A stretch of DNA of 53,836 bases, from positions 1 through 53,836 of the IMG/VR virus record IMGVR_UViG_3300049479_000302. The stretch is one strand, 5' to 3'. The notes beneath the pieces were generated by a model. That model worked only from the letters and a program-made list of their open reading frames with translations. It did no database searches and was not told where the DNA came from. Positions within the stretch are counted from its first letter, which is position 1. Every line of letters begins with the position of its first letter. Made by a program: the position numbers and the translations under genes. This stretch comes from a virus. Taxonomy: Duplodnaviria; Caudoviricetes. Shown piece by piece: positions 18,350 to 28,468 of this stretch.

Positions 18350-19750
18350 TTAAGCGGTAAAATAGTGACTTGCCCAGCGCTCAAATAGAGGCTGAAAGCC
18401 CAGAGTCGCTACTCGCAGATCGCCTGCTTCATTGGGGTGCAAATCGTCACCGCTCAGGTCAGCAGGAAAGCCACCCGCCACACTCTGCCAGTCCTGCGGC
18501 GAAAGCCCATCGGTGACCAAGCTGTTTGTGTCCACAAGGTCATAGCCAAGTGTCTCCAATTTTGCTAGGTAAGCAAGCCTTCGAGTATCACTGTTTACAG
18601 TCAAACCACCATTGCTGTTGCTACCTCTCGGGTATCCATTCCAAATGCCGACCTTTGCTTTCCAAAGCCTTTGAGCGCGCTCGATGCAGGCCAGTACGTT
18701 CCGCAAACAGTTATCTGTTGCTGCCAACGACCAAGCGCTTTCGCCGGTGGACATATCATTGACGCTAGCTCCCTCAATCAAATAGTGGGTAGCTGGTATT
18801 TGCTGACACAATCGTTCGAAATTTGCCCTGAACTGGTTGCTTGTTTGGGTCGAGAAGCCGAAGTTTGCAATCTCGATTGGTCTTGTAGGTGTAGAGAGCG
18901 CTGCCGCAACTCTGTGATGCCAACCTCCGGGTTGTCTGGCCAAAGTGTTGGTATTGTTGTTTGTCAGACTTGTGCCGGAAACTGCCACGGTCATTACTTT
19001 ATACGGGCTTAGATATTGAATCCCAACCAAAATCCTACGTCCTGTGGCAGCCGGTGTGCGGCCCAAAGCAGAAGTAGTTTTGTCTCCATAAGCGCCAGCA
19101 GTAAACCACTTACGGTCGCCACTTGTCCAGTCCGTACCCGATGAATCCCACGAAGAAATAACCGAGTTTGCACCTTGCGGTAAATCAAACTCAGTCCTAA
19201 TAAATACGGCTGGGGGTTCACCCGGAATATCGCTTCGCGGAACTGATGTAATGGGAATGACGTCACTGATCACAAGATTCGATTGAAGCCCCGGTGGAGC
19301 ATAAGCACCAGCAGCACCGCCATTGTAGGTACCTACAACAGGACTCGCCGCAAATGCTGCATCCTGAACCTTATCTGAATAATCAGCAGCAGCAACGACA
19401 CGAGTTTTTTTAATAATCAACGGTGTAGTGTTTGATGCACTTTGGTAAATCAATCGAATCGCGGTGAACTCACCAACTTCAATTGCAACGTGTTCAGTGC
19501 CCGAGTCTGTTCCGTTATCTAAAAATGTGCCACCCAAAAAAATACTATTCGGTGCGTTTGGAAAGGTGCTGCCCAGTGTGATTATGCGAGTACCCCAGTT
19601 ACTCACTGCCGAAGAACCCTCCAACCTAGCGGTAATGTCTGACGCCCGCCCTTGCAAAATATTTTCGCCGTCACGCGAAACTAAAATCTGATCGCTCCCG
19701 AGTAAAGGGGTTTCCAGCAACGGCAACTCACCTATGGTTTTATCTGGCAT
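18350..19750 (-). CDS. Tail spike/appendage with SGNH/GDSL esterase-like domain
   Basis: GTSLT (block I-like), N.GFS, SVND, DDLHPN (DxxH). Confidence 0.7.
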   Translation of the reverse strand: MPDKTIGELPLLETPLLGSDQILVSRDGENILQGRASDITARLEGSSAVSNWGTRIITLGSTFPNAPNSIFLGGTFLDNGTDSGTEHVAIEVGEFTAIRLIYQSASNTTPLIIKKTRVVAAADYSDKVQDAAFAASPVVGTYNGGAAGAYAPPGLQSNLVISDVIPITSVPRSDIPGEPPAVFIRTEFDLPQGANSVISSWDSSGTDWTSGDRKWFTAGAYGDKTTSALGRTPAATGRRILVGIQYLSPYKVMTVAVSGTSLTNNNTNTLARQPGGWHHRVAAALSTPTRPIEIANFGFSTQTSNQFRANFERLCQQIPATHYLIEGASVNDMSTGESAWSLAATDNCLRNVLACIERAQRLWKAKVGIWNGYPRGSNSNGGLTVNSDTRRLAYLAKLETLGYDLVDTNSLVTDGLSPQDWQSVAGGFPADLSGDDLHPNEAGDLRVATLGFQPLFERWASHYFTA

Positions 19751-19889
19751 TACGACACCTTTAAGAATTCATTACTTGGGTTAATAAGTAGCCTATTCCC
19801 GCTTCCATCAATAAGCAGTCGGTTGGTATCGGGAGGAGGAACAACACTACCGCCGCTGCGCTGACTGGCCCATATGCCACCAAACCACG

Positions 19890-20174
19890 TCACGATGCCA
19901 CCTCATATCTATCGGTACTTGATCCGGTAACGCGGGTGAACCGCAAAGCTGTTATGGGAGCAATAATTGAATCGGTTGTTATTGCGCTGACCGTACCCAA
20001 AGGCCACGGCTGCCAGATTGGCGACAAACTCTCGCTTGTTGTGCTGAATTCACACAATGATGTGTTTCCTGCCCCAGGAATTAGGGTTACAGAAACGGGG
20101 TAGGTTCGAACGGGTAATACAACTGGTGTGCCTTGCACTGTGCCCGTAATGCTTCTGGTTCTTTGATTACTCAT
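19890..20174 (-). CDS. Small virion protein
   Basis: ORF downstream of a late-promoter motif. Confidence 0.6.
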   Translation of the reverse strand: MSNQRTRSITGTVQGTPVVLPVRTYPVSVTLIPGAGNTSLCEFSTTSESLSPIWQPWPLGTVSAITTDSIIAPITALRFTRVTGSSTDRYEVAS

Positions 20175-20296
20175 CGTCTTCCAATGCACGCCATGGTTTC
20201 AAATTGAACCTGTAAGTTGAGGCATTGGGCGATTTGTGTACATCCCGAACGCTTGCATCTGCAAAAAACAAGCGTTACGGCATGCAATTATTTGGC

Positions 20297-20545
20297 TTAC
20301 TTTGTTCGACTGCGTTTGTTGGCTGCAGCTGCTGCAGGCTTGTTCTCGGTGGCTGGATCCACTTTCTGGTTTTCTTTTTTCTGGGCCTCAAGAAATGCCG
20401 CATTCTGGGCGTCAATCTGGTCTTTGATCTTGTTGTAAATTGGACCGCTCATAACCATCGGAGCGGGCACATTTGATATCGCCTCCATGATGAACTGGAC
20501 CTCATTGGGCTTGATGTCTTTGAGTATGTAAACAAATGAACTCAT
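20297..20545 (-). CDS. Hypothetical protein (possible tail fibre assembly factor)
   Basis: ATG at 20545 with AGGA RBS; follows tail fibre. Confidence 0.6.
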   Translation of the reverse strand: MSSFVYILKDIKPNEVQFIMEAISNVPAPMVMSGPIYNKIKDQIDAQNAAFLEAQKKENQKVDPATENKPAAAAANKRSRTK

Positions 20546-20581
20546 GATTTTTCCTTGCAAAATATTCAACAAATAAGACTT

Positions 20582-21952
20582 TTATACGGCTGCTTCCAGA
20601 GTTTCAATGCGCCCCCTTAGCTGCTGAATAAATTCATCAGCCTGCAATCTGGCACTTTCCAAAAGCTCAATTCGGCGCTGGCATTCTTGGGTGGTTAGGT
20701 GGTACTGCATGCTGATCACCGAATAAGCCACCGCCAAGGTGTTCTCGCCTGTTGGCTCCAAATCAACATAATCTTGCGTCTTGCCATCAACGATTCGCGT
20801 CTTGGTGACTTCTCGCATGTCGGGGGTCGACGTGACCACACTTGGACTGATCTGCTGGGCTTCTTGTGCAATAAGACCCAACAGCTTCTTGCCGTCAGGA
20901 TCGCTCTTAAGTGCATACTCAACCCAGCGGTAGGCTTTGGTCTTTTCCCAAGTCGAACTTTTTTCACCGATGATGTTTTTGAGTTTCAAGTCAGAGATTG
21001 CGCCGTAGCTGTTGTTGGCGTTTTGTACGTTGCCGTTGGCAAACACTTGATGAGTTACAACGCCATTTGTTGAAAACTGTGAGTGAAAACCGGTTGACCC
21101 AAGGGGCAATTGAGAGTTGTAGACATTTACAGCAGAACCAGTGTTCGTGCTTGATGCGACTACTACAGCGGTATTGGCATCGTTTACCAATTCGTGGAAT
21201 GAGGACGTTGCACTGCCGGGGTATGTTGAGGTGTTGCTAGCCTTAAAGTACCCCGCTGGCGTAAACCTTGCGGCCTCAAACAGACCCCCTGCGCCGCCGG
21301 ATCTTTTGACGGTAACCACCATACTAGAACGCACGCCGAATCCGCCGTCTTCGCGTAGGTAGTCCACGCCGCCTAGGTCATAGGTGCCACCGTCATTCGT
21401 GTTGGCGCTGTAATACCGCAAGCGAATACTTTCAGTTGTCAATGTCGCCGTAGGCTTTAGCAAAGCCAGTGGGTTACCCGCGCTCTCTGCAAACACGCCC
21501 CTGAAGCCCAAAGTGCTTGTGGTACCAAACCCAAATGCCCCAGTCGCGCTTTTATAAAATTGACCACCGCCAATGTTAACCTCGCCGGTGCCACCTGTCA
21601 GTGTTCCGGTGTATGTGAGGTTTTCTATTGTTGGGGCTGACGCCAAAACAACACTACCAGTGCCTGTAATGTCGACACTCACAAGCCCCTTACTTCCATC
21701 CGAGAAAACAGGCCGCGAAGCGGTAAGGCTTGAGAATATCGGCTTGGCCGTAAATGTGGCCACACCAGTTACACCCAGCGTGCCACCAATCGCCAAATTA
21801 CCGGAAATGGAGCCACCAGCCTTCAATAGCACAGCATCATGTACATTATCAAAGGCCTGTTCAATCGCATTGAATTGAGCGTTTCCATCCTCAGAACGAA
21901 TAATGGTCCGGGGTATGAAAAGAATTTCATTGGTGTAATACGGATTACTCAT
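20582..21952 (-). CDS. Tail fibre with C-terminal intramolecular chaperone (peptidase S74-like)
   Basis: SDLKLKNI, GLIAQE and C-terminal coiled coil. Confidence 0.85.
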   Translation of the reverse strand: MSNPYYTNEILFIPRTIIRSEDGNAQFNAIEQAFDNVHDAVLLKAGGSISGNLAIGGTLGVTGVATFTAKPIFSSLTASRPVFSDGSKGLVSVDITGTGSVVLASAPTIENLTYTGTLTGGTGEVNIGGGQFYKSATGAFGFGTTSTLGFRGVFAESAGNPLALLKPTATLTTESIRLRYYSANTNDGGTYDLGGVDYLREDGGFGVRSSMVVTVKRSGGAGGLFEAARFTPAGYFKASNTSTYPGSATSSFHELVNDANTAVVVASSTNTGSAVNVYNSQLPLGSTGFHSQFSTNGVVTHQVFANGNVQNANNSYGAISDLKLKNIIGEKSSTWEKTKAYRWVEYALKSDPDGKKLLGLIAQEAQQISPSVVTSTPDMREVTKTRIVDGKTQDYVDLEPTGENTLAVAYSVISMQYHLTTQECQRRIELLESARLQADEFIQQLRGRIETLEAAV

Positions 21953-23481
21953 CGAATCTGTCCTCTCAAGTCATAACCCAAGGTTACTTGTTCAATTGTG
22001 TATGGCTGATTCGTGGCACTTTTGCCATAGAACAAAATGGAAATATTTCGGCCATGCCCGGCGATATAAACTTGCGCATAGTTCTTCAGCGTCCCTGACC
22101 ACACCGCTTCGTCCCACACAGCAACATCAAACAAACTGCCAGAAAGGATGTTCTGCAATAGGGTCTCAATGTTTCTAGGTGAGTCGCCATAGTCGTACTC
22201 GGCGCTCACATACAGCTGATCAATCACATTGCTATCCAGCTCGGCAGTAATCGACCTAAATCGCTTGTTAATTTGGAAGTTGCCCAAGTGGTTTGGTGCC
22301 AGCTGCAAATTAACTTCAATATCCAAGCCGTCAAATGATGTGCCCGTGTTGAACTGCATCACGTAGCCGTCATCTGTGCCCAAATAGCAAACCTCGCGGC
22401 CATCATCATCATCAAACACGCCACCACAAACAAATTGGTGCTGGAACTGGGCCGTTGTGAAGCCAGAAAGCTTTCTGTCATTAAACGAAGTAATGACCGC
22501 GCGCCGACCGCCCTGAAACAGGATGTACTGGTTTTTGCTCGGCAATACCAAGCTGAATTCAGATTGACCAGCAGACGCATCAATCAGCGGGCGAATAGGT
22601 TCAGAAAGGGATGCGCTTTGGAAATCCCCAAATTTCTGGGAAGAGCTCATCATCTGGATTTGCTTGTCGATGTAAATCGCATCGGTGAATAAGGGCTGTA
22701 CCGTGTTTTCACGAACACCGGTTTCTGAATAATCCCTAAAGTCAAAATCAAGCACACTACTACCGGTTAGGATTTTGATCCTGTCACGGCAGAAAACACC
22801 CAACACACCGCCTTTAATCTTGACCAGGTTGAATACGTCATCGCCTGCAGCCAATTCGCCAGCACCATCGGCCACAACATAATTCAAAGGCAGGCCGGGT
22901 GAACTGAACTGCACCGAACCGCCCGCATAGCTCAAAAACAAATGCAGTTTGTGCTCTTCAATGTGTTGCGGGTACAGCGGTTCGGCGCCGGTCACAATCT
23001 GTGTGAATGTAGTGCCATCGAATTCAAAAGCAGGGTTTACGCCATCGCAGCCATAAAGCGCCTTGGCTGCCGCAGCACCATTGAAATTCGCAATGGTCCA
23101 GTTGAAATAACCACCTGGGTTTAGGGTTGGAGTGGTCACCAGCTCCCATCCCGTCGAGGTCGCTTTGTAAAGCCGCTTATTCAAACCATCGGCTGTATTC
23201 CTGAAAGCGTACCGAATGCCCTTCAAGACAAATACCCCTCGCACTGGGCCACTGCCCGGTACCCTTTGAATCGCCGTGCGCCTAGTGGCAATCTCCTCAG
23301 CGTCTGCGCCAAGGCTTGGGGAAGGCTGCCCGTCATAGCGTTCGTAGCCCATCAAGGTGCGATAACCACCCAAAGGGGGAAGTTCCCAATTAATTGCCAC
23401 CCAGGCTGTACCTGGTCTCAATTTTGAAACTGGGGTTGTAATGTTCACCCCGTATTGCATGGGTATGGTGACGCTTCTCAT
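21949..23481 (-). CDS. Tail nozzle / head-closure protein
   Basis: 510 aa, beta-rich, directly after adaptor gene. Confidence 0.7.
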   Translation of the reverse strand: MRSVTIPMQYGVNITTPVSKLRPGTAWVAINWELPPLGGYRTLMGYERYDGQPSPSLGADAEEIATRRTAIQRVPGSGPVRGVFVLKGIRYAFRNTADGLNKRLYKATSTGWELVTTPTLNPGGYFNWTIANFNGAAAAKALYGCDGVNPAFEFDGTTFTQIVTGAEPLYPQHIEEHKLHLFLSYAGGSVQFSSPGLPLNYVVADGAGELAAGDDVFNLVKIKGGVLGVFCRDRIKILTGSSVLDFDFRDYSETGVRENTVQPLFTDAIYIDKQIQMMSSSQKFGDFQSASLSEPIRPLIDASAGQSEFSLVLPSKNQYILFQGGRRAVITSFNDRKLSGFTTAQFQHQFVCGGVFDDDDGREVCYLGTDDGYVMQFNTGTSFDGLDIEVNLQLAPNHLGNFQINKRFRSITAELDSNVIDQLYVSAEYDYGDSPRNIETLLQNILSGSLFDVAVWDEAVWSGTLKNYAQVYIAGHGRNISILFYGKSATNQPYTIEQVTLGYDLRGQIR

Positions 23482-24143
23482 GCCAAGGGTGTAGTGCTTA
23501 TAAAGTCTGGGTTAAGCTCGTCATCCCTGAGCTTTTGAAGCATTACCTCATAGTTGGCCTTCGCATCAGCGTATATGTTCCCCGCCTCTTCGTCAGCAGC
23601 GTAATACATCAATGCCTTGTAAATCAGAATGTCGTGGTGTTGACTTGAAAAGGCAGGCTCGTCATCATCGACATTAAAAGCAAAGGGTTTTCTCCAATAC
23701 TCATACGTCACCACTTCCGGGCTGATCGGCGTATTGTCAAACCTGATTTTCTTGTCTGGCAAAATCGTGAAGAAATGGGGATTTGATTGCGTATTCAATA
23801 TCGAGAACTGCCGGAAAACCTCGTAGTTCTCATACGTCAATTCTTGTTTGGTGTTTGAACCATCACGCTGAATAAAGAACGAATCCAGATTGAACTGGTT
23901 GAAATCTGTTAACCCCAGCTCAACAGACGGGCTGTAATCCCTCTTTCCCACTTCGGTGGTGAACTGGTTTTCAGCCCAAAGAAAACCCCAATTCGTTTCT
24001 TCCTTCTGTACGTCTAGGTAGGCGCTTTTTACCCAATCAACAATCTTCTCGTATACGCCTGTTTGACCAGCAACAGAATTCGGGCCGCTTCCTGAGTAGC
24101 CCGCACGTTGCCGAACCTTGACGCAAATTTCAAGAAATGTCAT
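23478..24143 (-). CDS. Head-tail adaptor protein
   Basis: MTFLEIC..V..., W.FL and HDILIYKAL pattern of podovirus adaptors. Confidence 0.7.
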   Translation of the reverse strand: MTFLEICVKVRQRAGYSGSGPNSVAGQTGVYEKIVDWVKSAYLDVQKEETNWGFLWAENQFTTEVGKRDYSPSVELGLTDFNQFNLDSFFIQRDGSNTKQELTYENYEVFRQFSILNTQSNPHFFTILPDKKIRFDNTPISPEVVTYEYWRKPFAFNVDDDEPAFSSQHHDILIYKALMYYAADEEAGNIYADAKANYEVMLQKLRDDELNPDFISTTPLA

Positions 24144-24562
24144 GCACGCTCAGCCAGTACGGCGGCCAGCCACGCTGCGCCTTTGGGGTTCTTGTCTTGG
24201 CGCACATCAAACGGATGCACCAGTGTGGTGGTAGGCACCAATGCGGTTTTGCTTCGGTCGTTTGGATCAAGATCACGCTGTACGTATTTTGTTTGCTTCA
24301 TGCGAGCAGCCACTTCCACAAACTTGCGCTTCATCGGGATTATGTGGCCCTTAATCACAGGCGCATTGATACCGCCCACATTCAGCACAAAGCTGTTCAC
24401 TTCGCGCTCGTCGCTTGTTGGGTGAAAATAAACCATCAAGGTTTCGTTGGCGAAGGCCTCATCCTGAACAATTTGTTTGAAGTCTTTGTTGCCTGCCACG
24501 GTGTCAATCTCAGCGCCGTCATCAAGCACCTCAACCCCCGGAATTTGCTTTGCCATGTACAT
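24140..24562 (-). CDS. Hypothetical head-region protein
   Basis: Coupled ORF. Confidence 0.65.
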   Translation of the reverse strand: MYMAKQIPGVEVLDDGAEIDTVAGNKDFKQIVQDEAFANETLMVYFHPTSDEREVNSFVLNVGGINAPVIKGHIIPMKRKFVEVAARMKQTKYVQRDLDPNDRSKTALVPTTTLVHPFDVRQDKNPKGAAWLAAVLAERA

Positions 24563-24615
24563 TCACCTTTAAGAAAATTGGGGAACCCTCGATTGAAGGC
24601 CCCCTAAACCATCGC

Positions 24616-25080
24616 TTAAGCTAGCGATGTAGCTGGCATTACTGCCGTGTTGTAGAAAGTGGCCACGTTGCCGGTGCCCAGCGCGGTGGTGCCAGGTGTG
24701 AAAATGGCAGTGGTCGCACGAACAGTGAACACAGCAACAACTGCGCAGCTTGACTTCTGGGCAATCACAGGGGCGGGTTCATCACCCGACACCAGAGCAG
24801 ACTGGCCAAAAGAGAAATTGCCTGCGGCATCAATGAACAATGCAAACAAAGCCTTCATGCCAATCGGAATCACCTTGAACTCACCAGCAGTGAACTGCTC
24901 TGCTGGTGAAGGTGCGGGCAATGCGATGTTGTTGGTGGCAGTTTTGCTGCGAAAAATGCCATTGATTGCGTAGTTAACCGTTGCAGTGGTTTGCACCGAT
25001 CCAGCGTTGGTGCCAGCAGCAACAGCACCTGAATTAAAGGTGATGTTGCCGCCGTTTAAGCCCTCAGCGTTGTAACTCAT
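24616..25080 (-). CDS. Putative capsid decoration protein
   Basis: 154 aa, Ala/Thr/Gly-rich, downstream of capsid gene. Confidence 0.6.
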   Translation of the reverse strand: MSYNAEGLNGGNITFNSGAVAAGTNAGSVQTTATVNYAINGIFRSKTATNNIALPAPSPAEQFTAGEFKVIPIGMKALFALFIDAAGNFSFGQSALVSGDEPAPVIAQKSSCAVVAVFTVRATTAIFTPGTTALGTGNVATFYNTAVMPATSLA

Positions 25081-25091
25081 GAGTCAGTCCT

Positions 25092-25280
25092 TTATTTTGT
25101 GATCTGGGCATCGAAAGACGCCGTAAAATCGGTTTGTGTCACAGTCGCGTCAGTGTCCAGCTTTGCTGTCACCGCGCGAATGCCGTCGATCAGGGCATGC
25201 AACAGCAGCTGAAGCTCACGAGCATCGTTGTGCTGCTGCATTGCATTGATCCGCTTCTTTACCTCTTCAACTGCTGGCAT
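25092..25280 (-). CDS. Small head-associated protein
   Basis: AGGAGG RBS, directly after capsid gene. Confidence 0.65.
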   Translation of the reverse strand: MPAVEEVKKRINAMQQHNDARELQLLLHALIDGIRAVTAKLDTDATVTQTDFTASFDAQITK

Positions 25281-25289
25281 GTCGCCTCC

Positions 25290-26354
25290 TTACAGCGTCA
25301 AGTCGGAAACACCGCACTCAATGCGGGCCATCCATGCATCGTTCAAGCGAACGGTGGCTGTCCACATCGAGCCGCCTACATAGCCAAACCGACCTAGTGG
25401 GTTGGCATGGTTTTTTTCTCCGCTTCGAATGATGGTTGGAACAACAGCCTTCTTGCCTTTCAGCGAAACCTTGCCCCATGCGTCCTGGCCAACAACAATG
25501 AATGGGTACACATCAACGTTGGCACCACCAACAGACAGACAGCCGTTAAGCGTTCCGGAGCCAGCGGCCAAGAAAGGTTCCAGCAGTGGCGATGCAATGA
25601 AGCGCAAGCCCTCACAAGAGCCAAACTCGTGCTCATGCACTGGCTTGAATGAACCGTAGTCCTCAACATCCTTGAACTTGGGCAGGTCTTGGCAATCGGC
25701 CATGGCATCGGTGTGAACAAACACCAGGTACGATGGTTTGATTGGGGTTGAGCCAAAATTCACACTTGAAGAGATTCGGCTAGTCACTGGCTTGGCACGG
25801 TTTGCCGCCATGGTGCGAATCGCCTTGCGAATTGCAGGCAGGCTGATCTTGGTGTTCACTGCACTGCGCGAAGATCCATTGGCGTAGATCACAGTGGAAC
25901 CTGCTTTCAACACGCCGTAATCCACCATTTCACTGATCTCGCCCATCACCTCGCCGGTCTGCTGCACCATGTCATCAGTGATGTTGTCTTCGTACATCAA
26001 CTCTGCTTTGGATGTCAGCTTGAACAGCACCCCGTATTCTTGCAAAGTCACAGAGACATTCTGGTAATCAATTGTGTTTGGTGTAGGAGTCGTGCCTTCA
26101 GCCAAAATGAAGTTACCGGCGTCAATGTTGGGTGTGCCAGCGTAGCGCTGAGTACCCTCAATTGCTGTTCCGGCAGCTACTGCACCAAAAGGCAAGCAAC
26201 GACGAAACACAACCGTGTCAGTCTCTTTTTCTGGGTGTTCTTTGTGTGTACCGAAGTCACCAAGAACCGTGATGTTGGAAGCATGTTTCAACATGCCCTG
26301 TGCCGCGCGGATTAAATTCCGACTTCTTACTGTACCGTAACCCTGAGTTGCCAT
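25290..26354 (-). CDS. Major capsid protein, N4-gp56 family
   Basis: TVVFRR, LAEGTTP, L.EYG, E.GS.EG.RFI, DVYP..V.GQDAW, NPLG..GYVG motifs. Confidence 0.9.
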   Translation of the reverse strand: MATQGYGTVRSRNLIRAAQGMLKHASNITVLGDFGTHKEHPEKETDTVVFRRCLPFGAVAAGTAIEGTQRYAGTPNIDAGNFILAEGTTPTPNTIDYQNVSVTLQEYGVLFKLTSKAELMYEDNITDDMVQQTGEVMGEISEMVDYGVLKAGSTVIYANGSSRSAVNTKISLPAIRKAIRTMAANRAKPVTSRISSSVNFGSTPIKPSYLVFVHTDAMADCQDLPKFKDVEDYGSFKPVHEHEFGSCEGLRFIASPLLEPFLAAGSGTLNGCLSVGGANVDVYPFIVVGQDAWGKVSLKGKKAVVPTIIRSGEKNHANPLGRFGYVGGSMWTATVRLNDAWMARIECGVSDLTL

Positions 26355-26366
26355 TTTCCTGTTTCC

Positions 26367-27272
26367 TTATTGGGAAGCACGCTCTAAGCGGCGGGCCTCT
26401 TGATTCCAAATCTCGTCTTCCGTCAATTCCTCATCCCCTTTGGGTGGAGGCGCAGACGGACCCTTTCGTGTAGCGGCCATGTCAAGCCTTGACTGGCGCT
26501 CCTGTTCAATTGCTGTTTGGTTTGCGGAAAATGCGCGCTTTCGAGATTCCTCAAAAAGGTCCAACATCTTGATCGCATCGCGGGATTTGTCTGAATCAGC
26601 CAGCGCCTTGATCTCAGCGGGTTGAGTATTCATCCAAGCCGCAAAATCAGGGGTGTTGATCGTTTCAAGCCAACCCTCGTGTTTCTCTTCAATGCGCTCA
26701 ATCTGGATAGCTCGGATCTTTTGATCGAACTCCTGCTGCGCCTTAACAAGCTGCTCTCCGAACAACCCCTGAATTTGATTTGGGTCAATCGCCCGTGGTA
26801 GGGCAAGTGAACCCAGTCGCTCATCCATGGCCTCTGCCCACTCGGGAAAATCCTCTTTGAGTTTTTCCCATTTCTCAGACTTCTTTGCGGCGGCCTCAAT
26901 GGCTTTTTCGGTCGGCGCATCGTCGGTCTTCAGGCGTGCCTGTTTGGCAACATCAAGATCACGTTGAATTGAAGCCAGTCGGCCATTCGACGCTTTCAGG
27001 TCGTTCTGCAGCTTGTCAACCAAACCAAGCTTTTCCTTAACCACCTCGGGTAAACCTGCATACGGATCAACAACCTCCTTGCTGTCTTCAGGTTGTGCAA
27101 CCGGCTGCTTGTTTGCCTGACCAGGCTTGTTCGCCTGGTCACTCAACTCTGTCGGCTGTTCTTCCTGCTTTGAATCAACTTGGCCCAAATCAACGGGTGA
27201 CTCCTCAGCCGCCATCTCGTCCCATGCCGCATTCACTTGCTCGTCAGTTAATTGTTCTGTACTCACATCCAC
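26367..27272 (-). CDS. Capsid scaffolding protein
   Basis: Acidic, coiled-coil, immediately upstream of capsid gene. Confidence 0.75.
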   Translation of the reverse strand: MDVSTEQLTDEQVNAAWDEMAAEESPVDLGQVDSKQEEQPTELSDQANKPGQANKQPVAQPEDSKEVVDPYAGLPEVVKEKLGLVDKLQNDLKASNGRLASIQRDLDVAKQARLKTDDAPTEKAIEAAAKKSEKWEKLKEDFPEWAEAMDERLGSLALPRAIDPNQIQGLFGEQLVKAQQEFDQKIRAIQIERIEEKHEGWLETINTPDFAAWMNTQPAEIKALADSDKSRDAIKMLDLFEESRKRAFSANQTAIEQERQSRLDMAATRKGPSAPPPKGDEELTEDEIWNQEARRLERASQ

Positions 27273-27326
27273 CCCTTTAACTCATTAAATACCGGAAGGG
27301 CAAAAGCCGTTCTGGTGCTTTGGCGC

Positions 27327-27542
27327 TCACTCGGAGGGCCATGTTTCACTAAAGTTGGATACCTTTTCAGGCAAGCCCAGAAGTCGCTTAGCGAATCTGA
27401 TCTCCCCCCGCAAAGCTGCGGTTTCAAGCTCAGTGCACTCAGTCGAATCGTTCTTGCTTCTCGCGTTCGAAAGCTCTTGTTCGGCCCACTCTCGCAGGGC
27501 GATCCACTCTCTTGACGAAAAATTGAAGTCGGCTAAATCCAT
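27327..27542 (-). CDS. Small head assembly protein (Bbp19-like position)
   Basis: W..LR.WA...L...R..ND...TAALRGEI pattern; ATG at 27542. Confidence 0.6.
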   Translation of the reverse strand: MDLADFNFSSREWIALREWAEQELSNARSKNDSTECTELETAALRGEIRFAKRLLGLPEKVSNFSETWPSE

Positions 27543-27614
27543 GAGCCGATTCTGTTGGCGCGCAATCAAAGCAGCAATGCTGAATGCCTTGATTTGCAAT
27601 AGTTGGAGGGGAAT

Positions 27615-27821
27615 TTATGCTTTGCCGTTTCGGCGTTTGGCTGCTTGCTCCTTCTCAAAGTCATCGCGGCAAAACGAATCGCAGAACAAGCCACCATGGG
27701 AAACCTTCTCGCTGCAATAGTGGCAACTGCCACAAGGCTTCACGCCTGCGTCCATCCGCTTTGAAAGCGCAACCCTCAAGTAAAGGTCTGCGGTGTCATT
27801 TCCTGTATCGCCTTCGTTCAT
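27615..27821 (-). CDS. Small C4 zinc-finger protein (DksA/TraR-like or DUF2116-like)
   Basis: DTAD N-terminus, CHYC...FCDSFC. Confidence 0.65.
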   Translation of the reverse strand: MNEGDTGNDTADLYLRVALSKRMDAGVKPCGSCHYCSEKVSHGGLFCDSFCRDDFEKEQAAKRRNGKA

Positions 27822-27991
27822 TTTTGTAACCTATTGGTGAATGGGCCAAGTGGCATCGTGTTGCAATTGACGGGAATTTTTAGGCTGCCCCGTTTTAAGA
27901 TTTAACTCGCCATGAACAATGAAGTGGGTATCGAGGTAATCCATCGCAACGCCTACTTGGCCCAATTTTGTAGGAGGCAGCCCCCACTTTT

Positions 27992-28468
27992 TTACTCTGC
28001 AACCTGGGCAATCAACGCCCTACACTGCGCAGTCACTTCGTCGGCTTGTTCAACGAGTCGTCGAAGATCTTCTGTAGTTCGTTCTGGAAGTACAATGGTG
28101 GCGGCATCGGCCTCAACAACACCGGGTTCACCTGGCGTGGTGGCGGGCACAGGGGCTGGATCACAGACTGACCGGGGGAGGCGCAAGCCGCCAGCGCGAG
28201 ACAGCTCACGATACTTGCGCTCGATTTCAGACTTCTCATCAATGTATTCACTGATCACCTCTTCGTTAAGTTTGCGCTGTTCTTCCAGCTTCGTTTTGTA
28301 ATCCTCGTGGGCTTTGTCCAGCGCTTCAATGTGATCGGCCTGCAGCTTCAGTTTTTCATTAGATGCAGCGGCGCTTTCAACTTCCATGCCTGCAATAAAG
28401 CCAACAAGCAGCAGCGCCACCGGAATGGCCATGAACAAAATTGCAGTTAACCAAGTCTTTGGATACAT
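27992..28468 (-). CDS. i-spanin (Rz-like)
   Basis: N-terminal TM helix plus coiled coil; coupled to endolysin stop. Confidence 0.8.
   Translation of the reverse strand: MYPKTWLTAILFMAIPVALLLVGFIAGMEVESAAASNEKLKLQADHIEALDKAHEDYKTKLEEQRKLNEEVISEYIDEKSEIERKYRELSRAGGLRLPRSVCDPAPVPATTPGEPGVVEADAATIVLPERTTEDLRRLVEQADEVTAQCRALIAQVAE
28033..28251 (-). CDS. o-spanin (Rz1-like lipoprotein) embedded in the i-spanin gene
   Basis: Lipobox LAAC, Pro-rich, alternate frame within Rz. Confidence 0.8.
   Translation of the reverse strand: MNTLMRSLKSSASIVSCLALAACASPGQSVIQPLCPPPRQVNPVLLRPMPPPLYFQNELQKIFDDSLNKPTK

Noticed and set aside
27852-27866. Seventh late-promoter motif (TTGCAACACGATGCC on minus strand)
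   Set aside because: Lacks the conserved AT and the GCA spacing; lies within the predicted RNA stem
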